A stretch of 64,000 nt of DNA from an uncultured bacterium. GTDB lineage: Bacteria > UBP4 > UBA4092. The translations under genes were made by a program, and so were the position numbers. Under the pieces are notes generated by a model, which was not told where the DNA came from, ran no database searches, and worked only from the letters and a program-made list of their open reading frames with translations. The stretch's first letter is position 1. Each line of letters opens with the position of its first letter. The stretch lies in contig CAVYHJ010000026.1 in assembly GCA_963768165.1 (NCBI GenBank), forward strand, positions 435,337 to 499,336. The letters run 5' to 3'. Positions 27,381-36,331 of this stretch are shown in pieces.

Positions 27381-30179
27381 TTACTTTTCCAATTCCATCA
27401 CTACCGGTATACACCGTTCGCACAATGTTGGATGAGCGGCATTCTCCCCTACCCGTTCACTATAATTCCAACACCGGTCGCATTTTTTGCCTAAGGCAAC
27501 AACCACGCCAATTTCCAGTCCTTCAATTTTATCACTTTTATGCGATGCCAAGGTGTCGGATGGAATATTTTCTACCAGACTTACCTGGGAAACAATGAAC
27601 AGTGCCGGGAAATCATTTATAAATTTCTTTAACAAGCCATTTTCCGCCGCATTGTTCCATAACAACAGAATTCGCGCATCCAAGGGATGTCCTATTTTCT
27701 TTTCTTTTCGCGCGAACTCCAATGCTTTGGTCACTTCCTCGCGCAAGATTAATAATATCTCCCATTCTTTTTCAATACTCTCATCCACCCATGCCGCGTT
27801 GACTTTGGGGAAATCCGCCAAATGGACACTGGATTCCGGTTGATGCAAATGCACCCAGATTTCATCCGATGTATAGGGCATTTGCGGAGCCATGAGTCTC
27901 GTCAATGTATTAGCGATTTCAAACATCACCGTTTGTCCGGCGCGTCTGCTGTTGGAATTCTTAGCAAAGGTATATAACCGATCTTTCAATATATCCAAAT
28001 ATATTGAACTCATGTCCACTACCAAAAAGTTGTATATCTTGGAATAGACCCGATGAAAATCGAATGCATCATACGCATCGGTACATTCCGAGATTAATCG
28101 CTGTAAGCGGTGTAATGCCCATTTATCAATCGGTAATAACTTTTCATAAGGTACGGTATTTTCCCCTGAATCAAAATCCGAAAGATTACCCAGTAAAAAC
28201 CGTGCCGTGTTTCTATATTTGAAATAGGCATCCGCGATGGGTTCAATAATCTTATCGGACAGGCGAACGTCAGTCGTAAAATCTACGGAGGAGAACCAGA
28301 GCCGTAACACATCAGCACCATATTTTTGAATTATCTGTTCCGGCGCGATAACATTCCCAATAGATTTGGACATCTTTTTTCCTTCGGCATCCAGTATCAA
28401 TCCATGCGTAGCGCAACTGCGATAAGGTGCCTTCTCTTCAAGCGCCACGGAGGGTAATAAGGAAACCTGAAACCAACCGCGATGTTGATCCCCTGCTTCT
28501 AAATATATGTCCGCAGGAAAACTTAAATCGTTTCTTTGCTGCAACACCGCTGACCAGCTACAACCGGAATCGAACCACACATCTAAAATGTCCTGTTCTT
28601 TTTTAAGTTCCGCATTACCGCACTTGGGACATTTGATTTCACCGGGAAATAATTGTGATAAGTCGGAAGAGAACCAGACATCCACGCCATGTTGCCGTAC
28701 TTGATTAAGTAATGAATCGTAGTGATCTAATGGCAGCCAACCGTGGTCGCATTTCGCGCAATACAAAGATGGAATCGGCACACCCCACGCGCGTTGACGT
28801 GAAACACACCAATCGGGACGACTACTCACCAAATTAAAAATCTTGTCATGTCCCCAGTCAGGAATCCATTTCACAGAATCAATTTGTTTCAAGGTACGTT
28901 GGCGCAAGTCTTTGTTATCCACATTTAAAAACCACTGGCGGGTCGCCCGGAATATCAACGGTTTCCTACAACGCCAACAATGGGGATACGAATGGGTTAA
29001 CTTATCGGAATGAAGTAGTGCACCTTTCTGTTTCAAAAATTCTACAATCAACGGGTTGGCTTTAAAGACATACTGTCCTTCCCATTGGCCTGCATCTTTG
29101 GTAAATATTCCTCTTTCATTAACGGGACAAAACGGTTCCAAACCATATTTCTGACCTACCACATAGTCATCCTGTCCATGACCGGGAGCGGTATGTACAC
29201 AACCCGTACCGGTATCCAATTTTACAAATTCCGCATTCATAATCAAGGAATCTTTGTCATTCAAAGGATTCACTGCTTTCAATTTCTCTAGCTTGGCACC
29301 TTTAAACGTCGCACCAATCTGATACTCTTTAATGTCGCAAGTCTTCATCACCTGCTCTACTAACTCTTTAGCAATAATCAGGTATTCTTCGCCCACATTG
29401 ACTATGGAATAATCAAAAGTCGGGTGAACAGTAATTCCTAAATTGGCAGGTAATGTCCAAGGAGTTGTTGTCCAAATAACAAGATAAACATGACCACCCC
29501 CAACCCTCTCCTTAATTAAGGCGGGGGGATTGAGGAGTTCAAACTTTACATAAATCGAAGGCGATTGATCCTCTTCGTATTCTAATTCTGCTTCTGCCAA
29601 TGCCGTCTGACATTCTGTGCACCATAATATTGGCTTTAACCCGTGATAGATATAATCTTCATTTGCCAATTTACCGAACACTTCCAGAATCTTCGCTTCA
29701 TATTCCGGATGCATGGTTAAATAGGAATTATCAAAATCGCCCAAAACTCCCAACCGTTGGAACTGTTCACTCTGCAATTTCTGATATTTAGTAGCATACT
29801 CCCGGCATAATTTGCGTAACTCGACTTGGGTGACTTCCATCTTCTTATTGCGCAATTGTTTTACAACTTGATGTTCAATAGGCATTCCGTGACAATCCCA
29901 ACCGGGGACATAAGGCGCATCAAATCCTTGCATGGTCTTATATTTCATGATCATATCTTTGAGAACTTTATTGAACGCCGTTCCCAAATGCACATCCCCA
30001 TTCGCATAGGGCGGACCGTCATGCAAGATATATTTCTTCGCTCCTTTACGCTTATCCCGTAAAAGATGGTACAACTTCATTTCCTGCCACTTCTTCAGCA
30101 TTACCGGTTCCCGCTGAGACAGATTGGCTTTCATGGGAAATTCCGTCTTTGGTAAATTTAATGTATTTTTATAATCCAT
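27381..30179 (-). CDS. ileS: Isoleucine--tRNA ligase
   Basis: HIGH-like motif (PYANGDVHLGTAFNK), KMSKS, a CP1 editing domain and a C-terminal zinc finger (CDRCWNY...CERC). 932 aa. Confidence 0.95.
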   Translation of the reverse strand: MDYKNTLNLPKTEFPMKANLSQREPVMLKKWQEMKLYHLLRDKRKGAKKYILHDGPPYANGDVHLGTAFNKVLKDMIMKYKTMQGFDAPYVPGWDCHGMPIEHQVVKQLRNKKMEVTQVELRKLCREYATKYQKLQSEQFQRLGVLGDFDNSYLTMHPEYEAKILEVFGKLANEDYIYHGLKPILWCTECQTALAEAELEYEEDQSPSIYVKFELLNPPALIKERVGGGHVYLVIWTTTPWTLPANLGITVHPTFDYSIVNVGEEYLIIAKELVEQVMKTCDIKEYQIGATFKGAKLEKLKAVNPLNDKDSLIMNAEFVKLDTGTGCVHTAPGHGQDDYVVGQKYGLEPFCPVNERGIFTKDAGQWEGQYVFKANPLIVEFLKQKGALLHSDKLTHSYPHCWRCRKPLIFRATRQWFLNVDNKDLRQRTLKQIDSVKWIPDWGHDKIFNLVSSRPDWCVSRQRAWGVPIPSLYCAKCDHGWLPLDHYDSLLNQVRQHGVDVWFSSDLSQLFPGEIKCPKCGNAELKKEQDILDVWFDSGCSWSAVLQQRNDLSFPADIYLEAGDQHRGWFQVSLLPSVALEEKAPYRSCATHGLILDAEGKKMSKSIGNVIAPEQIIQKYGADVLRLWFSSVDFTTDVRLSDKIIEPIADAYFKYRNTARFLLGNLSDFDSGENTVPYEKLLPIDKWALHRLQRLISECTDAYDAFDFHRVYSKIYNFLVVDMSSIYLDILKDRLYTFAKNSNSRRAGQTVMFEIANTLTRLMAPQMPYTSDEIWVHLHQPESSVHLADFPKVNAAWVDESIEKEWEILLILREEVTKALEFARKEKKIGHPLDARILLLWNNAAENGLLKKFINDFPALFIVSQVSLVENIPSDTLASHKSDKIEGLEIGVVVALGKKCDRCWNYSERVGENAAHPTLCERCIPVVMELEK

Positions 30180-30298
30180 AAGAACTCATAAACATAGGAT
30201 ATAGGAATTAGGAGATAGGAGTTAGGTAAAAAAACACCTTAATCTTAAATCCAGAAATGCTAAATTTCTCTTAATACGATAGCAAACTTAACAACATA

Positions 30299-30333
30299 GT
30301 TTCAAGTTTCAAGTTTCAGGTCTCAAGTTGGGA
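30299..30333. repeat. Tandem heptamer repeat (AGTTTCA AGTTTCA AGTTTCA GGTCTCA AGTTGGG)
   Basis: Read directly from the sequence. It is related to the AGTTTCTAG / AGTTCCTAG repeats at 34972, 36288 and 45365. Confidence 0.55.
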
Positions 30334-30388
30334 GAATGGAAAGGGGTTAAATAAGTAGGGGTGTTGAGAAATCTTTTAAAGAAAACCT

Positions 30389-31564
30389 CTACTCGCTACG
30401 TCCGGAGGCCTTGCGGAGTTCTTCCATGTCCGTTTGGTCCACCGTGCGACCAAGCGTCTGACACTTTTTCGCGTCTGCCCAAGCCTTGTCGTAGTCCCCC
30501 TTGGTGATGTAAGCGCAGCAGCGGTACTTGTAGAGCAAGCCTTCTCTTGGATCCAACTCCATAGCCTTTGACCAATCTGCAATAGCCTTGTCGTAGTCCC
30601 TCTTGGCGTTGTAAGCAAGACCACGGTACTCGTAGGGGATAGAAAAATCTGGCCGCAACTCTATAACCTTTGACCAATCGGTAATCGCCTTGTCATAATC
30701 CTTTTTTCCGTAGTAAGAAAAGCCGCGATTATGGTAAGCATCATAATCATTCGGATCCAACTCGATGGCCTTAGAGCAATCGGCAATACCTTTTCCGAAA
30801 TCACCTTTCTCGTTAAAGGCTCTGCCCCGGTAGGAGTAAGCTTCGGCCAAAGTCGGGTCCAACTCGATAGCTTTTGAGCAGTCAGCAATAGCCTTGTCAT
30901 AATCGCGTATATCTGGTCTGAATGCTGTCTCCGCCTGCCAGAGATAAGTCATGGCCTCGCGCTGGAGGCGAATTGTAAAACCCCCAAACTGCCATCCGCC
31001 CGTTTCACCTTCTAGTCCGGCATCGGTCAGGCGGAGTTTCAGTGAACCTTCCGAACCCCTGAAGAACCAAAGGACATCACCTGTCGCAGCCCAATTTGAT
31101 CCTCCGGTTGGGCTCATCACAATAGGGTAGACTACATTACTATCCTTCTTTAGTTGAGAGTTGGAAACCAGTTCTCCTGTGAACGTTTGTTTCTCTTTAG
31201 GCTTATCAGGGCAGGTTACTTCTGCGCGAATCAGAACCCCCTTTTGTTCAGTGAAGACCAGATGAAGGCGACACCGCATGTCCCCCCTAGCGATTGTGCC
31301 GATATAACTTGTGCCCGGAACGGTTGCCAGACAAAGTTTCTGAAATGCCACCTTTTCTTCTGCTTTTCGCTGTTCCTGTTCTTTTCTTTGCTGCTCTTGA
31401 AACACTAGATTACTACTGGTCCCCTGTTGCGTACTGTAAGAAGTTTGAGAATGCTTGGAAACAGTAGATCGACCTAGTAACGAAATGATTCCCAAAACCA
31501 CGAGAACGAACCCTAACCGGTGCAGTACTTTAGCCAGGCCTACAGGTGGAATTTCCTGTGACAT
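30389..31564 (-). CDS. Membrane-anchored TPR-repeat protein (N-terminal TM, an unknown beta-rich domain, then at least 5 TPR units)
   Basis: Repeated TPR units (AIADCSKAIELDP..., AITDWSKVIELRP..., AIADWSKAMELDP...). GC content is visibly higher than in the flanking genes. Confidence 0.6.
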   Translation of the reverse strand: MSQEIPPVGLAKVLHRLGFVLVVLGIISLLGRSTVSKHSQTSYSTQQGTSSNLVFQEQQRKEQEQRKAEEKVAFQKLCLATVPGTSYIGTIARGDMRCRLHLVFTEQKGVLIRAEVTCPDKPKEKQTFTGELVSNSQLKKDSNVVYPIVMSPTGGSNWAATGDVLWFFRGSEGSLKLRLTDAGLEGETGGWQFGGFTIRLQREAMTYLWQAETAFRPDIRDYDKAIADCSKAIELDPTLAEAYSYRGRAFNEKGDFGKGIADCSKAIELDPNDYDAYHNRGFSYYGKKDYDKAITDWSKVIELRPDFSIPYEYRGLAYNAKRDYDKAIADWSKAMELDPREGLLYKYRCCAYITKGDYDKAWADAKKCQTLGRTVDQTDMEELRKASGRSE

Positions 31565-31582
31565 AGACGATGTCTCCTATCA

Positions 31583-32419
31583 TTAGCGATTCAATATCTT
31601 CAAGATGGCCTCGATTGTTCCTGCGGACAAGTTCCCTCTCAACTCATTGATCTTCTTTTGGATATCGCCACGATTAAGTTGAACAATCTCGAGAGACGCT
31701 TCTGGTGACAAGCCCAACTCCTCGAGTTCTTTGGTTCGCTCTTTGAGCGCGGTCATTTTCACCTTTTCTGCAATCATCTTGCTTGTTTCTGTAACACTCA
31801 ATTCAGCAGCACGTGCGAGACCACCTAGAGGTTTTATAGTACCGATGTTCAAGCGATTGAGTATTATCCCTAGGGATGGAATGAGCTGCGTACCATTGCC
31901 CGACCGAATTCTTCCAATAAGTTGATTTTCGTCATCCGCAGAAATCTGCGCAGGCAAACCGGCAATATCTCGAATAACAGCGACTGTCGCTTCGTCCTTT
32001 GCTGACAGAATATCACCCCAAGTATTACCGGGCGACCGTGCCCATTCCCGCAAACGTTGACTGATAAGGTCCTCTAAGACTTTTCGTACTCCCTCTTCAC
32101 CTCCATTGTTCAGATATTCGATAGCGTAATCTTCGCTTGGAGTCCAAGTTGTTGCCACAGTAACTTCCAACTCTGCGTTATCATGTGCCCTTACACTCTG
32201 AGGAGACAAGTCCTGATGAACTTTGGTTATGTTAATAGGAATTGCACCGAAAACGACTGGATAAAAAGGGAACAACCTATAGCCTTCTCTCTTGATTTGC
32301 CTCGTTCGCTTTCCGAAGAAAGTTACAACAGCAACCTGTGGAGGGTCGGCAGGAATTCGACGTAGTGAGGTCGCAAGGAAAACAAGGACGAAACCAATCA
32401 AAATAATAATCCATTCCAT
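31583..32419 (-). CDS. SPFH/band-7 (stomatin/prohibitin-like) domain membrane protein
   Basis: N-terminal TM (MEWIIILIGFVLVFL), an SPFH-like core (QVAVVTFFGKRTRQIKREGYRLFPFYPVV...) and a C-terminal coiled-coil. Confidence 0.6.
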   Translation of the reverse strand: MEWIIILIGFVLVFLATSLRRIPADPPQVAVVTFFGKRTRQIKREGYRLFPFYPVVFGAIPINITKVHQDLSPQSVRAHDNAELEVTVATTWTPSEDYAIEYLNNGGEEGVRKVLEDLISQRLREWARSPGNTWGDILSAKDEATVAVIRDIAGLPAQISADDENQLIGRIRSGNGTQLIPSLGIILNRLNIGTIKPLGGLARAAELSVTETSKMIAEKVKMTALKERTKELEELGLSPEASLEIVQLNRGDIQKKINELRGNLSAGTIEAILKILNR

Positions 32420-32423
32420 ATGT

Positions 32424-32618
32424 CTATCCCTCCATCAATGACACTATCGAAGAACCACCCAGCAAAGCTATTATATAATCCACACTGTATGAACTACCCC
32501 AAGTCGAGTCACCTTTTTTTGAACAACCTAACAGATAAACAATAACGCCGCTCAAAAACACAGATGCAATTATTACAACTAAAACAGTCGCACATGATTT
32601 CTTTGATGACACATTCAT
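32424..32618 (-). CDS. Small (64 aa) membrane protein or lipoprotein, possibly the first gene of the SPFH-TPR operon
   Basis: Hydrophobic segment VLVVIIASVFLSGVIVYLLGC. It ends 4 nt before the SPFH gene start. Confidence 0.3.
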   Translation of the reverse strand: MNVSSKKSCATVLVVIIASVFLSGVIVYLLGCSKKGDSTWGSSYSVDYIIALLGGSSIVSLMEG

Positions 32619-33023
32619 TTCTGCACTCCCGTTCTGAAAACTAGATTTACAATATTAAGAATGATTTGCACATAACTTATCGAAATATTTCAAACGCACT
32701 AATATTAGTATTCCATTTGCATCTTTGTCAAGTACAAGAAAGACTGGATTCCCGGTCCGATAAAAAGAATCAGGACTCAAAAGGATACTTTCGCGGGAAT
32801 GACGGGATGGGGAAGAAAAGCGAGATCACCACGCTTCACTCGTGACGACAAGATGCTGGATTTTCTATCACAGTTGAGAATGACTCGAAGGAAAGGTTAA
32901 CAAGAGGAAGCTAATGGGACTACTGGTCGGAAAGTCGATAATGTTTCTATTGACTCATTCTTAGAGATAATGTACCATATATAAGTTAGGTTGATAATAA
33001 AATATAATAGAAAGGAGGCAAGC

Positions 33024-33500
33024 ATGGTAACAAGTAGATATCGGAGGCCGGGGAATAAGGTGCCAGAGGTGTATCGAGGGAAGGCGCTGGAGGAGCGGAT
33101 TCGGAGGGCTTTGGAGAGTATGTATTCGTCGGATAAAAAAACGGTAGGGACGAAGGACGTACGGCGGTTCTTAAGGGGATTTTCAGAACCGGGGATAGGA
33201 GTGGAGTTGGTATTGATTGTGGAGAAAAGTCCATTGAATTCAGTGTGGGCGCGGGGAAGATGCGGGGATAAGATATATTCGTACATAGGGAAAACGGGTA
33301 CTCAGTATGTGAAAGAGTATAAGAAACCGCGTAATCCCCGAACAATTGCTCAGCAAGAACAGAGGATGAAGTATAAGGAAGCGGTGGGGATGTGGAGAGT
33401 ATTGCCGGAGAGTGAGAAAGAGGTTTATCGCCAGAAGGCGGTAAATTTGCCAATGACGGGGTATAACCTGTTTATAAGAAGTTATTTGAAAACAACTTAA
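33024..33500 (+). CDS. Hypothetical basic protein (158 aa) with strongly purine-skewed codon usage
   Basis: SD GAAAGGAGG 7 nt before the ATG at 33024. The coding strand is very G+A rich, unlike the rest of the window. The ORF-track start at 32991 seems a less likely extension. Confidence 0.5.
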   Translation: MVTSRYRRPGNKVPEVYRGKALEERIRRALESMYSSDKKTVGTKDVRRFLRGFSEPGIGVELVLIVEKSPLNSVWARGRCGDKIYSYIGKTGTQYVKEYKKPRNPRTIAQQEQRMKYKEAVGMWRVLPESEKEVYRQKAVNLPMTGYNLFIRSYLKTT

Positions 33501-33592
33501 TTACTCCGATATGCACGATTATATTGGTTATAGTAAGTGAAGTTGCCAGAGTGATAACGAGAGATTCTTCACCCTAAAGAGCAGGGTTCAGA

Positions 33593-34645
33593 ATGGGATT
33601 AATAGTAAAAAGGTATTGCTGGGAATGTATACCGATCCATAACTGGTGCGGTATTATCGGTAGTATTTATGAGAGCGGTTATAAATGGAGGTACGATGCG
33701 TTTAAAAAACACTGTCCCCAATGTGATTCTGCGCAGGTTAAAAAGAATGGAAGAAGTCGTCATGGGAAGCAAAGATGGCTGTGTAAAAGATGTGGTACGA
33801 CGTATGGATGGAAGAATGTCGCGAGTAAGTTCCTTCGACAAAAGATATGGTTTAAACGCTGGATTATCGAAGGATATACGCTACGGCAATTATCCGCGCA
33901 GAGTGGTCATAGTCGCTATTATGTACGGCAGACGGTGCGGTATTGGTTGGAGCGGGCTCCGGTAGAAAGCCTATCCGTTTCAGAATGTCGGTATGTCTTA
34001 CTGGATGGAACGTTTTTGGAAAATCGCCGGGGTCTGTTGAGTGTCATGCACGCTCCGGAGTATAGAGTCTTTTATAGTGCCTATGGTCTGAGCGAAGGCC
34101 TCCGGGATGTAACCCGATTTTGTACATTTCTGCGGGATCAGGGACTTTGTCCGATTAGCGCGACCATTGATGGGAACCCGCATTTGACAAGGGTTTTAAA
34201 GACTCTTTGGCCACAGATCTTCATTCAACGTTGTTTGGTTCATGTGCAACGTCAAGGATTGAGTTGGTGTCGTCGGAATCCCAAGAGAACCGATGCCAAA
34301 CATCTTCGGCAGATTTTTCTCCAAGTGATGTCCATTCGTTCTTTGCAACAAAAAGAGGATTTCCCGGGTCAGATTCAACAATGGGAAGAACGCTTTGGTC
34401 AAGCCATCCATCAAGCCCCGGAATCCGGCTGGGTCTTTAGTGATCTTAAACGGGCACGGAGTATGTTGCTTTCCGCTCTGCCGAATATGTTCTATTATTT
34501 TCAAGACCCTCTCATCCCAACCTCCACGAATGCGTTGGAAGGATATTATTCTCGTCTCAAGCAAAGATATCGGCAACATCGAGGACTCGCAAAGCGTTTC
34601 CGAAAGACCTATTTCCAATGGTATACTTATTTATGTCCCAAGTAA
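33593..34645 (+). CDS. Putative DDE transposase with an N-terminal zinc-ribbon (IS1/IS1595-like; family not resolved)
   Basis: N-terminal CPQCDS...KKNGRSRHGKQRWLCKRCGTTY zinc-ribbon resembling IS1 InsA or the IS1595 Zn_Tnp domain. Candidate D-D-E residues are LLDGTF, TIDGNP and NALEGYYSRLKQRYRQHR (E with a downstream K/R). It shares the purine-rich composition of the preceding gene. Confidence 0.55.
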   Translation: MGLIVKRYCWECIPIHNWCGIIGSIYESGYKWRYDAFKKHCPQCDSAQVKKNGRSRHGKQRWLCKRCGTTYGWKNVASKFLRQKIWFKRWIIEGYTLRQLSAQSGHSRYYVRQTVRYWLERAPVESLSVSECRYVLLDGTFLENRRGLLSVMHAPEYRVFYSAYGLSEGLRDVTRFCTFLRDQGLCPISATIDGNPHLTRVLKTLWPQIFIQRCLVHVQRQGLSWCRRNPKRTDAKHLRQIFLQVMSIRSLQQKEDFPGQIQQWEERFGQAIHQAPESGWVFSDLKRARSMLLSALPNMFYYFQDPLIPTSTNALEGYYSRLKQRYRQHRGLAKRFRKTYFQWYTYLCPK

Positions 34646-34971
34646 TCTTTGAAAAACATTTTTTCTATCTAATTAGCAATACCTTTTTGCTATTAATCCC
34701 AGAATGACAGAGTAGAGCGAGATTGCTTTGGTTGTAAAGAACACTCCCTCGCAATGACAAAAAGGGAGTAGGACAAGTTGTAATTTACCCACCTTTTTTA
34801 ACGTATTTTTTCCATTTTTATAGCAAGCCTGGATAAGAGTTGCTTTTTTCAATTCTTATCTAACTCCGTACTATCTCCGTATTGTCTTCGTACTTGCTCC
34901 GTTTCAGGTTCGTTGGTTATCCAGTATTGGTTTGGAATTCATTCGAGTGTTATCCGGGGACAATAACAAAA

Positions 34972-35003
34972 CAGTTCCGAGTTTCTAGTTTCTAGTTCCT
35001 AGT
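34972..35003. repeat. Tandem heptamer repeat (GTTCCGAG TTTCTAG TTTCTAG TTCCTAG TT)
   Basis: Read directly from the sequence. Same family as the repeats at 36288-36328 and 45365-45397 (reverse complement). Confidence 0.6.
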
Positions 35004-35270
35004 TAAAAGAAGAAAAGAAATTACTCCCCTTTTTCCTCAATTGAGAACGAATTATCTCAATTGATTTATTTATGATAATATAAAGGAAAATGTTAAATGG
35101 TTAAATAAAGGAAGGCGTCGGGAAAGAAAAGAGCTCATTCCCGACGCAGATAAACGCTCAAGTTCCCGATGCATCTTCAAATGGGCTAAAGCCCAACGAA
35201 CCGTACACTAAAGTGTCGTAGAAGGTGAAGCCCTCGACTAAAGTCGGGTAGAACACGAAGATTCAAAACG

Positions 35271-36284
35271 ATGGTAATACAACCCAAGAAAATCACATTG
35301 TTAGGCACAGGGAGTTGGGGATTGGCGTTGGGGAGGTTATTGGCCAATAAAGGATTCCCCATTACTATGTGGGATAAGGACACTCCCGCTCTGGAGATTC
35401 TGCGCAAGACTCACAAACATCCCAAATTATTGCCCTGGCTTACCCTACCCGATTCGATAAGCATAGTAGATGAAGTCCGAGAAGCTGTCGAAAATGCCGA
35501 TTTTATTATTCTGACCGTACCGTCTCATGCCGTGAGACCTGTCACGTTAGAAATCTCCCGTTTCATTCCCCCAAATGCCATTATCGTGAATTGTGCCAAA
35601 GGGTTGGAACCGGATTCCATGAAGACGATGACGGAAGTCTTGAAAGACACCTTGGTGATGACTCCTGGTGACAATATCACCGTCCTGTCCGGACCCAGTC
35701 ATGCGGAGGAAGTCAGTAAAGATTTGCCGACAACGGTGACGGTCAGCGGAAGTGGCAAGGAAAATTTAGTCAAGGTGCAGGAATTATTCATGTCTCCCCG
35801 GTTTCGCGTTTATACCAATACAGACTTAATCGGTGTGGAAATGGGGGGTGCGTTAAAAAATGTCATCGCGATCGCTGCCGGTGCCTGTGACGGCATGGGG
35901 TTTGGCGATAATACCAAAGCGGCGCTCATCACGCGAGGGTTGGCAGAAATGATGCGATTAGGAGTCAAACGCGGCGCTCATCCGGCGACTTTCTCCGGCT
36001 TGGCCGGATTGGGTGATTTGGTAGTGACCTGCGCCAGCCGGCATTCCCGGAATCGGAAATTCGGTGAACTCCTTGCTCAAGGGTACACTGCCGATAAAGC
36101 TTTGGAAGAAATCGGTATGGTGGTGGAAGGCGTAAAAACTACGGAAGCCGCTTATAAACTGGCAAAAAAATATGCAGTGGAAATGCCCATTACCCAGGAA
36201 GTCTATTCCGCGCTCTACCAAAATAAATCTCCTCAGCAGGCCGTTTTGGATTTAATGACCCGTGACCCGAAAGCGGAAATATAA
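35271..36284 (+). CDS. gpsA: NAD(P)H-dependent glycerol-3-phosphate dehydrogenase
   Basis: ITLLGTGSWGLALGRLLANKG Rossmann motif and typical GpsA length with conserved core (GLEPDS, NTDLIGVE). Confidence 0.9.
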   Translation: MVIQPKKITLLGTGSWGLALGRLLANKGFPITMWDKDTPALEILRKTHKHPKLLPWLTLPDSISIVDEVREAVENADFIILTVPSHAVRPVTLEISRFIPPNAIIVNCAKGLEPDSMKTMTEVLKDTLVMTPGDNITVLSGPSHAEEVSKDLPTTVTVSGSGKENLVKVQELFMSPRFRVYTNTDLIGVEMGGALKNVIAIAAGACDGMGFGDNTKAALITRGLAEMMRLGVKRGAHPATFSGLAGLGDLVVTCASRHSRNRKFGELLAQGYTADKALEEIGMVVEGVKTTEAAYKLAKKYAVEMPITQEVYSALYQNKSPQQAVLDLMTRDPKAEI

Positions 36285-36287
36285 AAA

Positions 36288-36328
36288 AAGTTTCTGGTTC
36301 CGAGTTCCTAGTTTCTAGTTCCTCGATT
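36288..36328. repeat. Tandem heptamer repeat (AAGTTTCTGGTTCCGAGTTCCTAGTTTCTAGTTCCTCGATT)
   Basis: Same AGTTYCTAG family. It lies between the convergent gpsA and ugd genes. Confidence 0.6.
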
Positions 36329-36331
36329 ATC

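Noticed and set aside
30376-30900. Additional minus-strand ORFs overlapping the TPR gene (30376-30624, 30396-30677, 30661-30900)
   Set aside because: They are alternative frames of the repetitive GC-rich TPR gene. Only the 391-aa frame gives coherent TPR units.
32897-33453. Minus-strand ORFs 32897-33286 and 32986-33453 with Pro/Ser-rich products
   Set aside because: They are the reverse complement of the GGAGG/AGGG-rich sense strand of the 33024-33500 gene, which has a proper SD and start. The Pro/Ser richness is a compositional artefact.
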